From Candidatus Saccharimonadota bacterium (lineage in GTDB: Bacteria > Patescibacteriota > Patescibacteriia > 2-12-FULL-60-25): DNA of 32,000 nt. Shown here piece after piece: positions 7,516-16,276 of this stretch. Each line of letters opens with the position of its first letter. Position 1 is the stretch's first letter. The position numbers and the translations under genes are program-made. Location: NCBI GenBank assembly GCA_016699205.1, contig CP064964.1, forward strand, positions 990,001-1,022,000. Reading direction: 5' to 3'. A model generated the notes under the pieces. It did not search any database. It had not been told where the DNA came from and saw only the letters and a list, made by a program, of their open reading frames with translations.

Positions 7516-8193
7516 ATGAAGGTTGTGGCCGTCATCCCTGCTTATAAGGAGAAAAGCCGTATTATCGCGGCTATTTCTGGTATTCAACCGATGGTTGATC
7601 AGATCGTTGTTATTGTCGATGGTTCTGAGGATGGGACACTGGAAGAAGCGAGAAAAACTTCTGCCACGGTTTTGCATCATGCGATCAATCGCGGTCAGGG
7701 TGCGGCTTTGAAAACAGGAACGGAAGCGGCATTAAAATTAGGTGCGGATGTGATCGTGCATATTGATGCTGATGGCCAGCAAGATCCACAGGCGATTCCC
7801 ATGTTGGTGGCGCCAATCAAAGAGGGAAAAGCGGATGTGGTATTTGGATCACGTTTTTTAGGTATCGATCCTGAAGGAATGCCGCCTGTGCGCCGAATGG
7901 TTTTGATCGCTGGGAAATTGTTTTCACAATTTGTTCTTGGAATTCCAAGACAGATGACTGATCCGCAGAGCGGTTTGCGCGCGATGACAGCCGAGGCGGC
8001 GCGTCGTGTTGATTTTAAGCAGGATCGAATGGCGCATTGTTCCGAGATTTTGCGCTTGGTGACCCGCTCCGGTTTGCGCTGGATGGAAGTGCCTGTGCGT
8101 GTCTCTTACACAAAAGATACGCTTGCCAAGGGCAACCAAACGAGCGACGCGTTTCGTATCGTGTGGCATTTATTTCTTGGCATGTTCCAATAA
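7516..8193 (+). CDS. Family 2 glycosyltransferase, DPM1/GtrB-like (polyprenyl-phosphate sugar synthase type)
   Basis: VIPAYKE, VVIVDGSEDGT, HIDADGQQDP (DxD) and FGSRF are present. The 225-aa soluble GT-A domain is followed by a DUF2304-type gene. Confidence 0.85.
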   Translation: MKVVAVIPAYKEKSRIIAAISGIQPMVDQIVVIVDGSEDGTLEEARKTSATVLHHAINRGQGAALKTGTEAALKLGADVIVHIDADGQQDPQAIPMLVAPIKEGKADVVFGSRFLGIDPEGMPPVRRMVLIAGKLFSQFVLGIPRQMTDPQSGLRAMTAEAARRVDFKQDRMAHCSEILRLVTRSGLRWMEVPVRVSYTKDTLAKGNQTSDAFRIVWHLFLGMFQ

Positions 8194-8199
8194 TCGAAT

Positions 8200-8520
8200 A
8201 TGTTATTCCAACTTGTTTTGAGTGCCGCTTTCATTGCCAGTTTGGTTTTGGTTTGGCGTCGACATCGGCAGCAAGCGATTAGCGGTGCCGTAGCCTGGCT
8301 GTGGTCGATTGGCGTTGTTGGGGGTTTGGTCGTGATTTGGTATCCGGATACGGCCAGTTTTATTGCGAATGTTGTCGGTATTGGCCGCGGAGCCGACTTG
8401 GTGGTGTATCTTGGTATTGTGCTGTTATTTGTTCTGGTTTTTCAGCTGCATGTTTCGCATGTCCGTCTGGAACGACAGCTCACCAAGATCGTGCGCGAAG
8501 AAGCATTGAAAGATTTATGA
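8200..8520 (+). CDS. DUF2304-family small membrane protein (usual partner of DPM1-like GT2)
   Basis: 106 aa with three or four hydrophobic helices. It ends in VSHVRLERQLTKIVREEAL, a pattern typical of DUF2304. Its stop overlaps the next start (ATGA at 8517-8520). Confidence 0.65.
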   Translation: MLFQLVLSAAFIASLVLVWRRHRQQAISGAVAWLWSIGVVGGLVVIWYPDTASFIANVVGIGRGADLVVYLGIVLLFVLVFQLHVSHVRLERQLTKIVREEALKDL

Positions 8521-9641
8521 AGATCATCCACGTCTCTTGTACCGCGCCGCCGGAAATCGGCGGGATTGGACGATCCGCTTTGCGCGAGGTCGCTGGTTTG
8601 CGTGCATTGGGCGAGGATGCGGTGCTGGTTGCTCCAGAGATCGATACGCGTGAAGGCGAGAGATCTTTTGTGCGACGCTTGCGGCCATTATGGCGTTTTG
8701 GGAATGCCTCATCTTTATCCGGTTTGGCTGATGTCCTTGGGAAAGCCGACGTGATCCATCTTCATTATCCTTATTATGGAACGGCAGAAGGTTTGTTGAT
8801 GAGTTATCGGCATTTACCGCCGATTATCGTGACGTTTCATATGGATGCGACGGCTGGAGGCTGGAAGGGATTCCTCTTCCGTTTGCAGCGCTGGCTTGTT
8901 CAGCCTTGGATTTTGCCGGCTGCTCGCCGCATTTTGGTTTCAAGTTTTGATTATGCAAAGCATTCCTCCATCAAAGGGATTTTCCGTGTACATCCTGAGC
9001 GTGTGGAGGAATTGCCATTTGGTGTTGATACGGATGTTTTTTCACCCGGGCCTGATCGGCGAGAACGTTTCATGATTCCGGCGGAAAGCCGTGTTGTTTT
9101 GTTTGTCGGAGGATTGGATCGCGCGCATGCGTTTAAGGGAATTCATGAATTGCTTACAGCTTTTTCCAAGCTTGATCCGGCTGATCACTTGCTGCTGGTT
9201 GGGGAAGGAGATTTGCGAGAGTCGTATGAGATACGAGCACGCGAACTTGGGGTTGCGAATCGCGTCCATTTTTTGGGCAAAATCGATCAAGAGACTTTGG
9301 TTGATGCGTATCGAACAGCGGATGTATTTGCGTTTCCGTCTACGAGTGCTGCTGAAGCATTTGGCTTGGTTGCGCTTGAAGCGCAGGCTTGCGGTGTACC
9401 TGTTGTTGCGTCTGATTTGCCTGGCGTGAGAACGGTGGTGAAGCGCGATGAGACGGGTAAGCTTGTCGTGCCTGGTGATGTGGAGCAGTTGGCAGGCGCA
9501 TTACGTGATTTACTTCATGATCCACAAGAGCGTGAGCGTATGGCAAAAAATGCCCGAGCTCATGCCGAGCAGTATTCTTGGGAGCGTCATGTGGAGCGAT
9601 TGCGCGAAATTTATCGTCATGTATGCGCATTGCGGTCATAA
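8518..9641 (+). CDS. Family 4 (GT-B, GT1-like) glycosyltransferase
   Basis: The N-terminus MKIIHVSCTAPPEIGGIGR and the C-terminal EAFGLVALEAQACGVPVVASD (E-x7-E region) support the call. The upstream part of the longest ORF (8301-8517) overlaps DUF2304 and is discarded. Confidence 0.85.
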
Positions 9642-10657
9642 CGAATTCTTTTCCTCCCCAAAAGGGTGGAGCTGCCAGCATCGCCTCGATGCAGATGGCG
9701 ATTTTACGCGAGGCCGGGCATGAGGTTCGTGTATGGTATCCGCGTATCGATTGGCTGGATAAGTCTGCGCCACAAAGACTGGTTGCGCATTTTTTTGATC
9801 TTTTTTCACGGAGCGCTCTTCAGCAAGAGGTTATTGGTTGGAATCCGGACTTGTTAATGACTCATAATATGACGGGATGCGGTTTTGGTACGGCATCGGC
9901 GATACAAGGACGCGGATACGGTTGGGTTCATTTTTTGCACGATGTCCAGCTATTTGAGCCATCAGGAAGACTGGTGGATGTTTCACGAATTACATTTTGG
10001 CAAAAGACATGGTCACTTTTGCGACGTTGGACATTTGGCAAGCCTGATCTCGTTATTTCGCCGACGCGTTGGCTTGCTGATGAACATAAGCGACGCGGTT
10101 TTTTTTATGAGGGGGCGATCGAGATTTTGCCCAATCCTTCTCCGACGGTGGAATTTGTCCCGCGTATGCCGCAGGAACCGATGCAGCTTATGCTTGTCGG
10201 TGCGACAAGGGAAAAGGGTTTGGATTTTGCAAAAGAGCTGCTTTCCCAGCTTCCATTTGAAGCGCATCTTGATGTGGTTGGCCCAGGAATGCCTGGAGAT
10301 CCTCGGATTACGTATCGCGGGGCATTGGAGAATGCCGAGGTCCTTGAGCTGATGAAACGAGCGGATGCGCTACTCGTGCCATCAACGATCGCGGAAAATC
10401 AGCCGACGGTCATTTTGGAGGCGGCAGCGGTTGGCTTGCCTGTTATTGCGGCAAATGTTGGCGGGGTTTCTGAAACGCTGGATGGTGCTGGACTCTTGTG
10501 TCCGGAAGGAGATTTGTCGGCCTGGATTGATAGCGTGGTTCATCTGCGCCATGCATCATCATATGCGATGCAGGCTTCACGCATGTATGAGCTCGCCAGA
10601 AATCATGATCCGGTGGCGTACGCCTCAACCTTTAATCAATTGATTTCAAATCTGTAA
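9623..10657 (+). CDS. Family 4 (GT-B) glycosyltransferase
   Basis: The N-terminus is MRIAVITNSFPPQKGGAA. The C-terminus has STIAENQPTVILEAAAVGLPVIAANVGG. ATG 9623 overlaps the previous gene by 19 nt. Confidence 0.75.
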   Translation: MRIAVITNSFPPQKGGAASIASMQMAILREAGHEVRVWYPRIDWLDKSAPQRLVAHFFDLFSRSALQQEVIGWNPDLLMTHNMTGCGFGTASAIQGRGYGWVHFLHDVQLFEPSGRLVDVSRITFWQKTWSLLRRWTFGKPDLVISPTRWLADEHKRRGFFYEGAIEILPNPSPTVEFVPRMPQEPMQLMLVGATREKGLDFAKELLSQLPFEAHLDVVGPGMPGDPRITYRGALENAEVLELMKRADALLVPSTIAENQPTVILEAAAVGLPVIAANVGGVSETLDGAGLLCPEGDLSAWIDSVVHLRHASSYAMQASRMYELARNHDPVAYASTFNQLISNL

Positions 10658-12645
10658 ACGCGGACACGGTTGTCGCGGAAGCTTTCTTGTCTATCTGCCA
10701 TAGCTGAAAGATGTTCCGCGACTTTGGAGGCATCCCACCAATAATCATTCAAGACGACATAGACGAGTTTTGTTTGTCCTAATCGAGCGGCTTCGCGTAC
10801 GGGATCGATACTGGAATTGATCTCCATGATGTCCAGGAATTTTTGATAGAGAGGGCCGCCTGTTGGGATCGGATAAAAGAAAACCTCGCCGGCGTAGCGC
10901 TTGAATCCAAGCTCTTGAACAGCGGCTGCGGATACGGATTGGTTGGCGAGTACGGTGTAAGGGCTGCCGGTTGCATCGCGATCGATCCAGCGAGCGGCCT
11001 CAATATCGGCGCGCCCGACGCTCCAACCGCGACTTACGTTGGCGGCGTCGTGCCTAGGAAGGGATGTGTAGGCGTTGGCAGATATTCCGGCGGGAATGAG
11101 TGCGAGCAAAAGCAGGGCGGGTGCGAGTCCGAGGCGCGGGATGCGGGCGAGTGCGCGGCTTAGCCCGCCGAGAGCAGGAATCAGCAGAATGAGGCTCGCG
11201 ATGACAAAGAGGCGATCAGCGTAATTGCCGCGCTCGTAATCGATCAGGAAGGGGAATTCACCGGCAGCTTGCAAAACCAGGCCGGCGATGACGAGGAATG
11301 TTGCGGACGAGAAAAGAATTATGGATTCACGGCGATCGTCGCGGTTTTTCCAAATCGCAAAGATCGATGCCAAGAACATGATAGGCAGCTGAAGTACTTC
11401 CATAAGTGCGGCAGCATCAGCCCAAAGTGCAACGCGATTGGATGGGGGTTGGAAGCGGCTGAGCACGGAACGTATCGCATCGATATCTAAGAGACGTGTT
11501 AAATCCCAAGTGACTTGATTGTTAGAGATCACGCCAAGCAAAGCAAAGGCTGCTGGTACAGAGATGCCCGCTGCGATGACGAGCGGGGTTGCGAGCCAAG
11601 CTCTTTCGCGCGCCATGAGTGCGAGCGTGATGAGGAAGAAGGGGAGTCCGGCGAGCGGATGAATTGCTAAAGACCATGCGGCGAGTGAGAGGATCGCGAT
11701 CGGGTGAAGTCGTCCGAGGGCGGATGCGATCGCCAGAAAACTGATGAGATAGACAAATGCTTGAGGCGTCGTTACGACGAATGGCGCTAAGGGAATAACA
11801 AGAAGACTGGCAGCTAACATCCAGTTGGCTTTGTTGCGATCACGCGTCGTCCAGGAGATACCGATCGGTAAAAGAATCAGGCTGACGAGCATGAGCCAGC
11901 GGTCGATATCGACAATGGGCACGGAGAAGAGGCGAGCCAACCACGTCTCAAGAACGTATAAGCCCATGTAGTAGGGCGGTTTTGGGGAGAGGGTTCCGGT
12001 GGTCGATAAAATATCCATGCTTGCGCGATGCAAGAATCCGTCAAAACCAAAGCCATTCGCGTAGATGAGCGGGCCAATCGATAAAACGGAAATAAGCCCG
12101 AGTGCCGAGATGCAGATAGCTGGCCAGGTTGCTCGTGTTTTCCAGGCGGCGAGCAGTCCTGCGAGCCCGATGACGGCAAATGCGGCTAGTGTGGGAGCGG
12201 GGAGCAGGGGCCAGGGTGTGCGGATTGGATCAAGCGTTGTCGCGAGCCAGGCGCCGCGAATAATATAAAGTGTGCCCAATGCAGCAGGAAGGATCGTCGC
12301 GATAATCCAGAGCCAAGCCGGTTGATCCGTGTTTTGCTCTTCCGATTCTTTTACATGCGTTTTGATGACGAGCGGTCCAAGGCAGAGCACGGCGAGTGCG
12401 AGAGATAATGCGTCCGTGAAGGCACCGAGTTGGAGATTGAGGTAATAAAATACGCTTTGCCAAAGCGATTGGATCGCAAGTAGCACGAAAGCGCCAACGA
12501 GCCATCTTCCGCCGGCTGTTCGGCCGCGGCCGAGGCGCTCGCCGTAGATCCATCCAAAGTAGACGTAGCTAAAAACGACGGCTGCTTTAAGGGCGAGAAC
12601 TCCGAGCATAAAAGATTTGTCGAGCCTAACAAATATGGCAGACAT
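10636..12645 (-). CDS. Large polytopic membrane protein (about 14 or more hydrophobic segments) with a C-terminal soluble domain; function unknown, candidate GT-C-type transferase or polymerase
   Basis: 669-aa ORF from ATG 12645. The sequence is dominated by hydrophobic helices, followed by a ~130-aa hydrophilic C-terminus. I recognise no family motif with certainty. Confidence 0.6.
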   Translation of the reverse strand: MSAIFVRLDKSFMLGVLALKAAVVFSYVYFGWIYGERLGRGRTAGGRWLVGAFVLLAIQSLWQSVFYYLNLQLGAFTDALSLALAVLCLGPLVIKTHVKESEEQNTDQPAWLWIIATILPAALGTLYIIRGAWLATTLDPIRTPWPLLPAPTLAAFAVIGLAGLLAAWKTRATWPAICISALGLISVLSIGPLIYANGFGFDGFLHRASMDILSTTGTLSPKPPYYMGLYVLETWLARLFSVPIVDIDRWLMLVSLILLPIGISWTTRDRNKANWMLAASLLVIPLAPFVVTTPQAFVYLISFLAIASALGRLHPIAILSLAAWSLAIHPLAGLPFFLITLALMARERAWLATPLVIAAGISVPAAFALLGVISNNQVTWDLTRLLDIDAIRSVLSRFQPPSNRVALWADAAALMEVLQLPIMFLASIFAIWKNRDDRRESIILFSSATFLVIAGLVLQAAGEFPFLIDYERGNYADRLFVIASLILLIPALGGLSRALARIPRLGLAPALLLLALIPAGISANAYTSLPRHDAANVSRGWSVGRADIEAARWIDRDATGSPYTVLANQSVSAAAVQELGFKRYAGEVFFYPIPTGGPLYQKFLDIMEINSSIDPVREAARLGQTKLVYVVLNDYWWDASKVAEHLSAMADRQESFRDNRVRVYRFEIN

Positions 12646-12685
12646 TGGCTATTTTTCTACTTTTTCCGTATGCTAGAAGCCAGAT

Positions 12686-13267
12686 ATGTTGATGACGAAT
12701 GAGACGATTCAGCTCTATCCGCATGATCGTCTTTTGGCATGGACCTTGGTGCCACTTACGCCAAAGTTCGTCCGGCCAAATCACCTCACCATCCTACGCA
12801 TTCTGCTTATCCCGCTCGTGTTGGGCGCTTTGTGGTATGAATCTTGGACTTGGTCGCTGATTCTTTTTTTGATAGCAGCCATTACGGATGCTTGGGATGG
12901 ATCGCTTGCGCGGCTTCGCAAACAAATTACGCTTTGGGGAACGATGGCTGATCCGGTTGCTGATAAGCTGCTCATCGGATCAGTGGTTGTCTTGTTTGTC
13001 GCACGTGAGGTGAATATTATTTTTGCTGTTACGATCATTCTTATCGAGCTGATGCTGGTCGCGGGCGCTTATATACGCAAACGCCAAGGTCGATATACTT
13101 CTGCTAACAATTACGGTAAGTTGAAAATGTTTTTGCAAGTACTGGGAGTCAGCTTGCTTCTCGTTGCAAAATTGTTTGGGGTTGAGACAGCGGTCCCGGT
13201 AGCGATCGGCACTTTGTCGCTCGCCATTGTCCTAGCGATTGTGTCGCTTATCACGTATACGCCTTAA
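12686..13267 (+). CDS. CDP-alcohol phosphatidyltransferase family protein
   Basis: The signature D-G-x2-A-R-x8-G-x3-D-x3-D is read as DAWDGSLARLRKQITLWGTMADPVADK. Hydrophobic helices are spread along its length. Confidence 0.85.
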   Translation: MLMTNETIQLYPHDRLLAWTLVPLTPKFVRPNHLTILRILLIPLVLGALWYESWTWSLILFLIAAITDAWDGSLARLRKQITLWGTMADPVADKLLIGSVVVLFVAREVNIIFAVTIILIELMLVAGAYIRKRQGRYTSANNYGKLKMFLQVLGVSLLLVAKLFGVETAVPVAIGTLSLAIVLAIVSLITYTP

Positions 13268-13269
13268 TT

Positions 13270-14604
13270 ATGCTGCATCGGCTGAAAACGATGATTCCAG
13301 AACCGTTGCTCGCGATTTACCATCGCATGCTTGCGCGTGTTTCGGCTGTTGTTTATCGAAACCCATCGCAGGAACTGATTGTGATTGGCGTGACTGGGAC
13401 AAACGGCAAAACAACGGCGAGTTTTTATTTAGCGCGTGCCCTTGAAGCATCCGGCTTTGGCGCGGGTTGTACGACGACAGCGTTGATGAAGATCGGAAAA
13501 AAAGAATGGATCAATAAGACTAAAATGACCATGCCGGGCCGATTCTTTTTGCAAAAAATGATGCGTGAGATGGTTGATGCTGGCTGTCGATATGCGGTTA
13601 TCGAAACTTCATCGCAGGGTTTGGCGCAAGGACGCCATCTCTCTATTGCTTACGATGTAGGCGTGTTTACGAATCTTACACCGGAGCATATTGAGGCGCA
13701 TGGCGGATTTGAGAATTACAAAAAAGCCAAACATATCTTGTTTGAGCATGTTGGCAAGCGCCATGCCAAGCGTATTGCAGGGAAAGCGGTTCCAAAGGGT
13801 GCGGTATTGAATGCTGATAGCGAGTATTCGGAATATTACGCAGCAGCTCCCGGAGTTGAAATGAAGGAGTGGTATGGCATCGATCATCATCAGGGATTGT
13901 ATGCAGAGGATGTCGCTCTTGATGCGACTGGTTCTCGATTTGTTTTGAGACTTGCGGATGATGCTTCCCTGCGCATCCCCGTGCGTCTGAATCAGCCTGG
14001 TGATTATAATATTTCTAATGCCCTTGCCGCGCTTGCCGTTTGCCGTATGCTCGGAGTCGACCTCGAGAAAGCGGCAAAACAGCTTGAAGGAGTTGCGACC
14101 GTGCCCGGACGTTTTGAGCGTATCGACGCTGGTCAGTCTTGGACGGCGATTGTCGACTATGCGCCGGAGCCGGAAAGCTTCAAGCAGCTCTATCGTGCTT
14201 TGAAGGCTGTTCCGCGCGAGCGAACGATTCATGTGCTTGGTTCCTGTGGCGGAGGCCGAGATGTTGCGAGACGTCCGATTTTGGGTCAGTTGGCCGCCGT
14301 AAATGCCGATATCGTGATTGTGACCAATGAAGATCCGTATGATGATCATCCGCAAGAGATTATCGATCAGGTCGCGACGGGGGCGCGCGAGGCTGGTAAA
14401 ATAGACGGAGAGAATCTTTTTCTCGTCGAGGATCGTAAGGAAGCGATTGTTCAGGCGATGGCGATGGCACGACCGAATGATCTCGTTGTTATGACGGGTA
14501 AGGGTTGTGAACCGTGGATCTGTGTCGCTGACGGAAAGAAGATTCCGTGGGATGAAGCTGGTACGGCAAGGGAAGCGATAGAGCAGGCTCTAAAGAAATC
14601 GTAA
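13270..14604 (+). CDS. murE: Mur ligase family, MurE-like UDP-N-acetylmuramoyl-tripeptide synthetase with a short N-terminus
   Basis: The P-loop GVTGTNGKTT, TNLTPEHIEAHG and the C-terminal VMTGKGCEPW...IPWDE support the call. Only ~40 residues precede the P-loop. Confidence 0.75.
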   Translation: MLHRLKTMIPEPLLAIYHRMLARVSAVVYRNPSQELIVIGVTGTNGKTTASFYLARALEASGFGAGCTTTALMKIGKKEWINKTKMTMPGRFFLQKMMREMVDAGCRYAVIETSSQGLAQGRHLSIAYDVGVFTNLTPEHIEAHGGFENYKKAKHILFEHVGKRHAKRIAGKAVPKGAVLNADSEYSEYYAAAPGVEMKEWYGIDHHQGLYAEDVALDATGSRFVLRLADDASLRIPVRLNQPGDYNISNALAALAVCRMLGVDLEKAAKQLEGVATVPGRFERIDAGQSWTAIVDYAPEPESFKQLYRALKAVPRERTIHVLGSCGGGRDVARRPILGQLAAVNADIVIVTNEDPYDDHPQEIIDQVATGAREAGKIDGENLFLVEDRKEAIVQAMAMARPNDLVVMTGKGCEPWICVADGKKIPWDEAGTAREAIEQALKKS

Positions 14605-14606
14605 TT

Positions 14607-15131
14607 ATGTTTCGCATACGCGATGTCATTCAGCTTCAACCAGATGAGCAAACGCTGTTATTAGAGCGCCGTCATTTGCGTACGATGGCGGGTTCGCTTG
14701 TTTTGGCCGGTCTCTTGATTGCCGTTCCGTTTTTCTTTTTGTTTCCTTTGGTTCGAGTTGGTGCATTTGGCATGGCGATCTTTTGTTTGCTGCTCGCTGT
14801 CGGTGCGGCTTTTGCTTTGCGTGTTTTTATCACTTGGGATTCGCATGTATTGATCGTGACCAATCGTCGAATTGTCCATGTAGAGCAGACGGGGGTTTGG
14901 CGACGCCATGTGCGTGAGATGCCGCTTTCGGCACTTGAACAGGTGAGCATCGAGCGTCGCGGACCGTGGGATGCACTGTTCCGTACCGGTGTTTTGCGAT
15001 TACGCGCAAATGGTCACGGGACGATTGTTTTTGCCGGAGCCCATCGACCCGAGGTTTTGGTAGAGATTATCGAAAAAGCGAGACCGCAGCACTCGGCTAC
15101 GCCAGCTAGTTTCCAGTTAAAGCCTCTGTAA
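14607..15131 (+). CDS. Membrane protein with bacterial PH (YdbS/YdbT-like) domain
   Basis: Two N-terminal TM helices are followed by VLIVTNRRIVHVEQTG...VLRLRANG, a typical bPH layout. Confidence 0.6.
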   Translation: MFRIRDVIQLQPDEQTLLLERRHLRTMAGSLVLAGLLIAVPFFFLFPLVRVGAFGMAIFCLLLAVGAAFALRVFITWDSHVLIVTNRRIVHVEQTGVWRRHVREMPLSALEQVSIERRGPWDALFRTGVLRLRANGHGTIVFAGAHRPEVLVEIIEKARPQHSATPASFQLKPL

Positions 15132-15139
15132 GGTAGAAT
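15111..15139 (+). promoter_or_regulatory. Candidate promoter, TAGAAT -10 box 6 nt upstream of ATG 15146 (weak -35 TTCCAG at 17 nt)
   Basis: The sequence reads TAGAAT ccggct ATG, taken directly from the sequence. Confidence 0.35.
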
Positions 15140-15145
15140 CCGGCT

Positions 15146-15559
15146 ATGCCGCGATCTGCGACTTCCGCTCTTGGAATTGCCCGTTGGCCACTACTTGTAG
15201 CGGCCTCAGGAACGTTATTCCTTGTTGTTGGAATTTCGACGGTACGCGAGACGTATCGTGAATGGCAGGTGGATCAGGAGATTCATCAAATGCAGGCGCA
15301 GATCGAGCAGTATGAAGGCCGCAAGCTTTCCCTTGTCGAATTATTAGCGAGACTTGATTCTGATGAGGCGCTCGATAAAGAAGCTCGGACACGGCTTGGT
15401 TTGCGTAAGCCGGGTGAGCGCGTGATTATCCTGCAGGGAAGTGACGGTATGCAGGCGAGCTGGCAAGATGATGTGCAGACGTCAGCCGTGAATCTTGCAG
15501 CGCCTGACTTGCGTAGTAACCCGAGACGTTGGCTCGATTATTTTTTTCCACGCCCATGA
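15146..15559 (+). CDS. Septum formation initiator, FtsB/DivIC-like
   Basis: A single TM helix is followed by a coiled-coil (QEIHQMQAQIEQYEGRKLSL) and the motif ARTRLGLRKPGERVIIL, which is typical of FtsB/DivIC. Confidence 0.65.
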   Translation: MPRSATSALGIARWPLLVAASGTLFLVVGISTVRETYREWQVDQEIHQMQAQIEQYEGRKLSLVELLARLDSDEALDKEARTRLGLRKPGERVIILQGSDGMQASWQDDVQTSAVNLAAPDLRSNPRRWLDYFFPRP

Positions 15560-16137
15560 ACCCTAGAATGAAGTTGTTGGTTGCTTGCAGCGCCGTTATC
15601 TTGCTGGCTGTTTTTGCTGGCAGCGCTGTCGCAAGTGTTTATCTATGGAAATCCGAGGGTCCGATTGTTCGTGCCGTGGGCGGATGGCTTCCGGCGGCCA
15701 AGGTCCAAGGACGTACGGTCAACTACGGAACCTATCTTGAGCATGTGGATGCCCAGCGTGCTTTTTTGTCCGGTCCTATGGCGGCAGATTCCGGAGTCGT
15801 ACGCGATATTACGGATACAGAGCGTCAGGAAGCTTTGGATCGCGCGATCCGCATTGAGGCTGTGGCTGGTTTAGCCGAAGAGGCCAATGTTGTTGTCACG
15901 CCGATAGATGTTGACCGCGCGTATGCTGATTTGGTCTCGCGAGCGGGCACATCGACTTCACCAGAAGAGATTCAGGTATTTTTAAAAGCTCAGTTTGGTT
16001 GGGATGAAGCAGAATACAAGCTGTATCTTTTGAAGCCTGCGTTTACAGAGGAAATTCTTCGTACGAAGGCGGGTGATGCCTTTGATGCCGCGCTTCAAGC
16101 GCGTATTGATGGCGCCAAGCGTTATCTTCGCTTCTAG
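15556..16137 (+). CDS. Membrane-anchored hypothetical protein, SurA N-terminal-like chaperone domain suspected
   Basis: ATG 15556 overlaps the upstream TGA (ATGA). An N-terminal TM/signal anchor is followed by a helical soluble part. The assignment is weak. Confidence 0.45.
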   Translation: MNPRMKLLVACSAVILLAVFAGSAVASVYLWKSEGPIVRAVGGWLPAAKVQGRTVNYGTYLEHVDAQRAFLSGPMAADSGVVRDITDTERQEALDRAIRIEAVAGLAEEANVVVTPIDVDRAYADLVSRAGTSTSPEEIQVFLKAQFGWDEAEYKLYLLKPAFTEEILRTKAGDAFDAALQARIDGAKRYLRF

Positions 16138-16139
16138 GC

Positions 16140-16168
16140 TTGCCAAAGGTTGAGGGGCTTGTTACCAT
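16140..16168 (+). promoter_or_regulatory. Candidate sigma70-type promoter TTGCCA-17-TACCAT for the tRNA-Gly/Thr pair
   Basis: Hexamers and the 17-nt spacer were read directly. The element lies 32 nt upstream of tRNA-Gly. Confidence 0.35.
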
Positions 16169-16200
16169 CGTGACCACATTTGAGAGTCGGGTAGCTGCGT

Positions 16201-16275
16201 GCGGGTATCGTATAGTGGCTATTATGAGTGCTTCCCAAGCACTAGAGACGGGTTCGATTCCCGTTACCCGCTCCA
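16201..16275 (+). tRNA. tRNA-Gly (anticodon CCC), 3' CCA encoded
   Basis: Manual cloverleaf: acceptor GCGGGTA/TACCCGC, anticodon stem AGTGC/GCACT with loop TTCCCAA, and T arm ACGGG-TTCGATT-CCCGT. Confidence 0.9.
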
Positions 16276-16276
16276 G

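Noticed and set aside
8301-8517. N-terminal extensions of longest ORFs (8301-8517, 9578-9622, 25420-25512, 5318-5410, 21004-21030, 24193-24207, 18467-18478)
   Set aside because: The extensions overlap upstream genes or non-coding spacers. They contain no family-typical sequence and are contradicted by conserved N-termini, and in several cases by a -10 box abutting the internal ATG.
13609-14355. 248-aa minus-strand ORF inside the MurE-like gene
   Set aside because: It is antisense to a gene with P-loop and Mur ligase motifs and shows no family signal.
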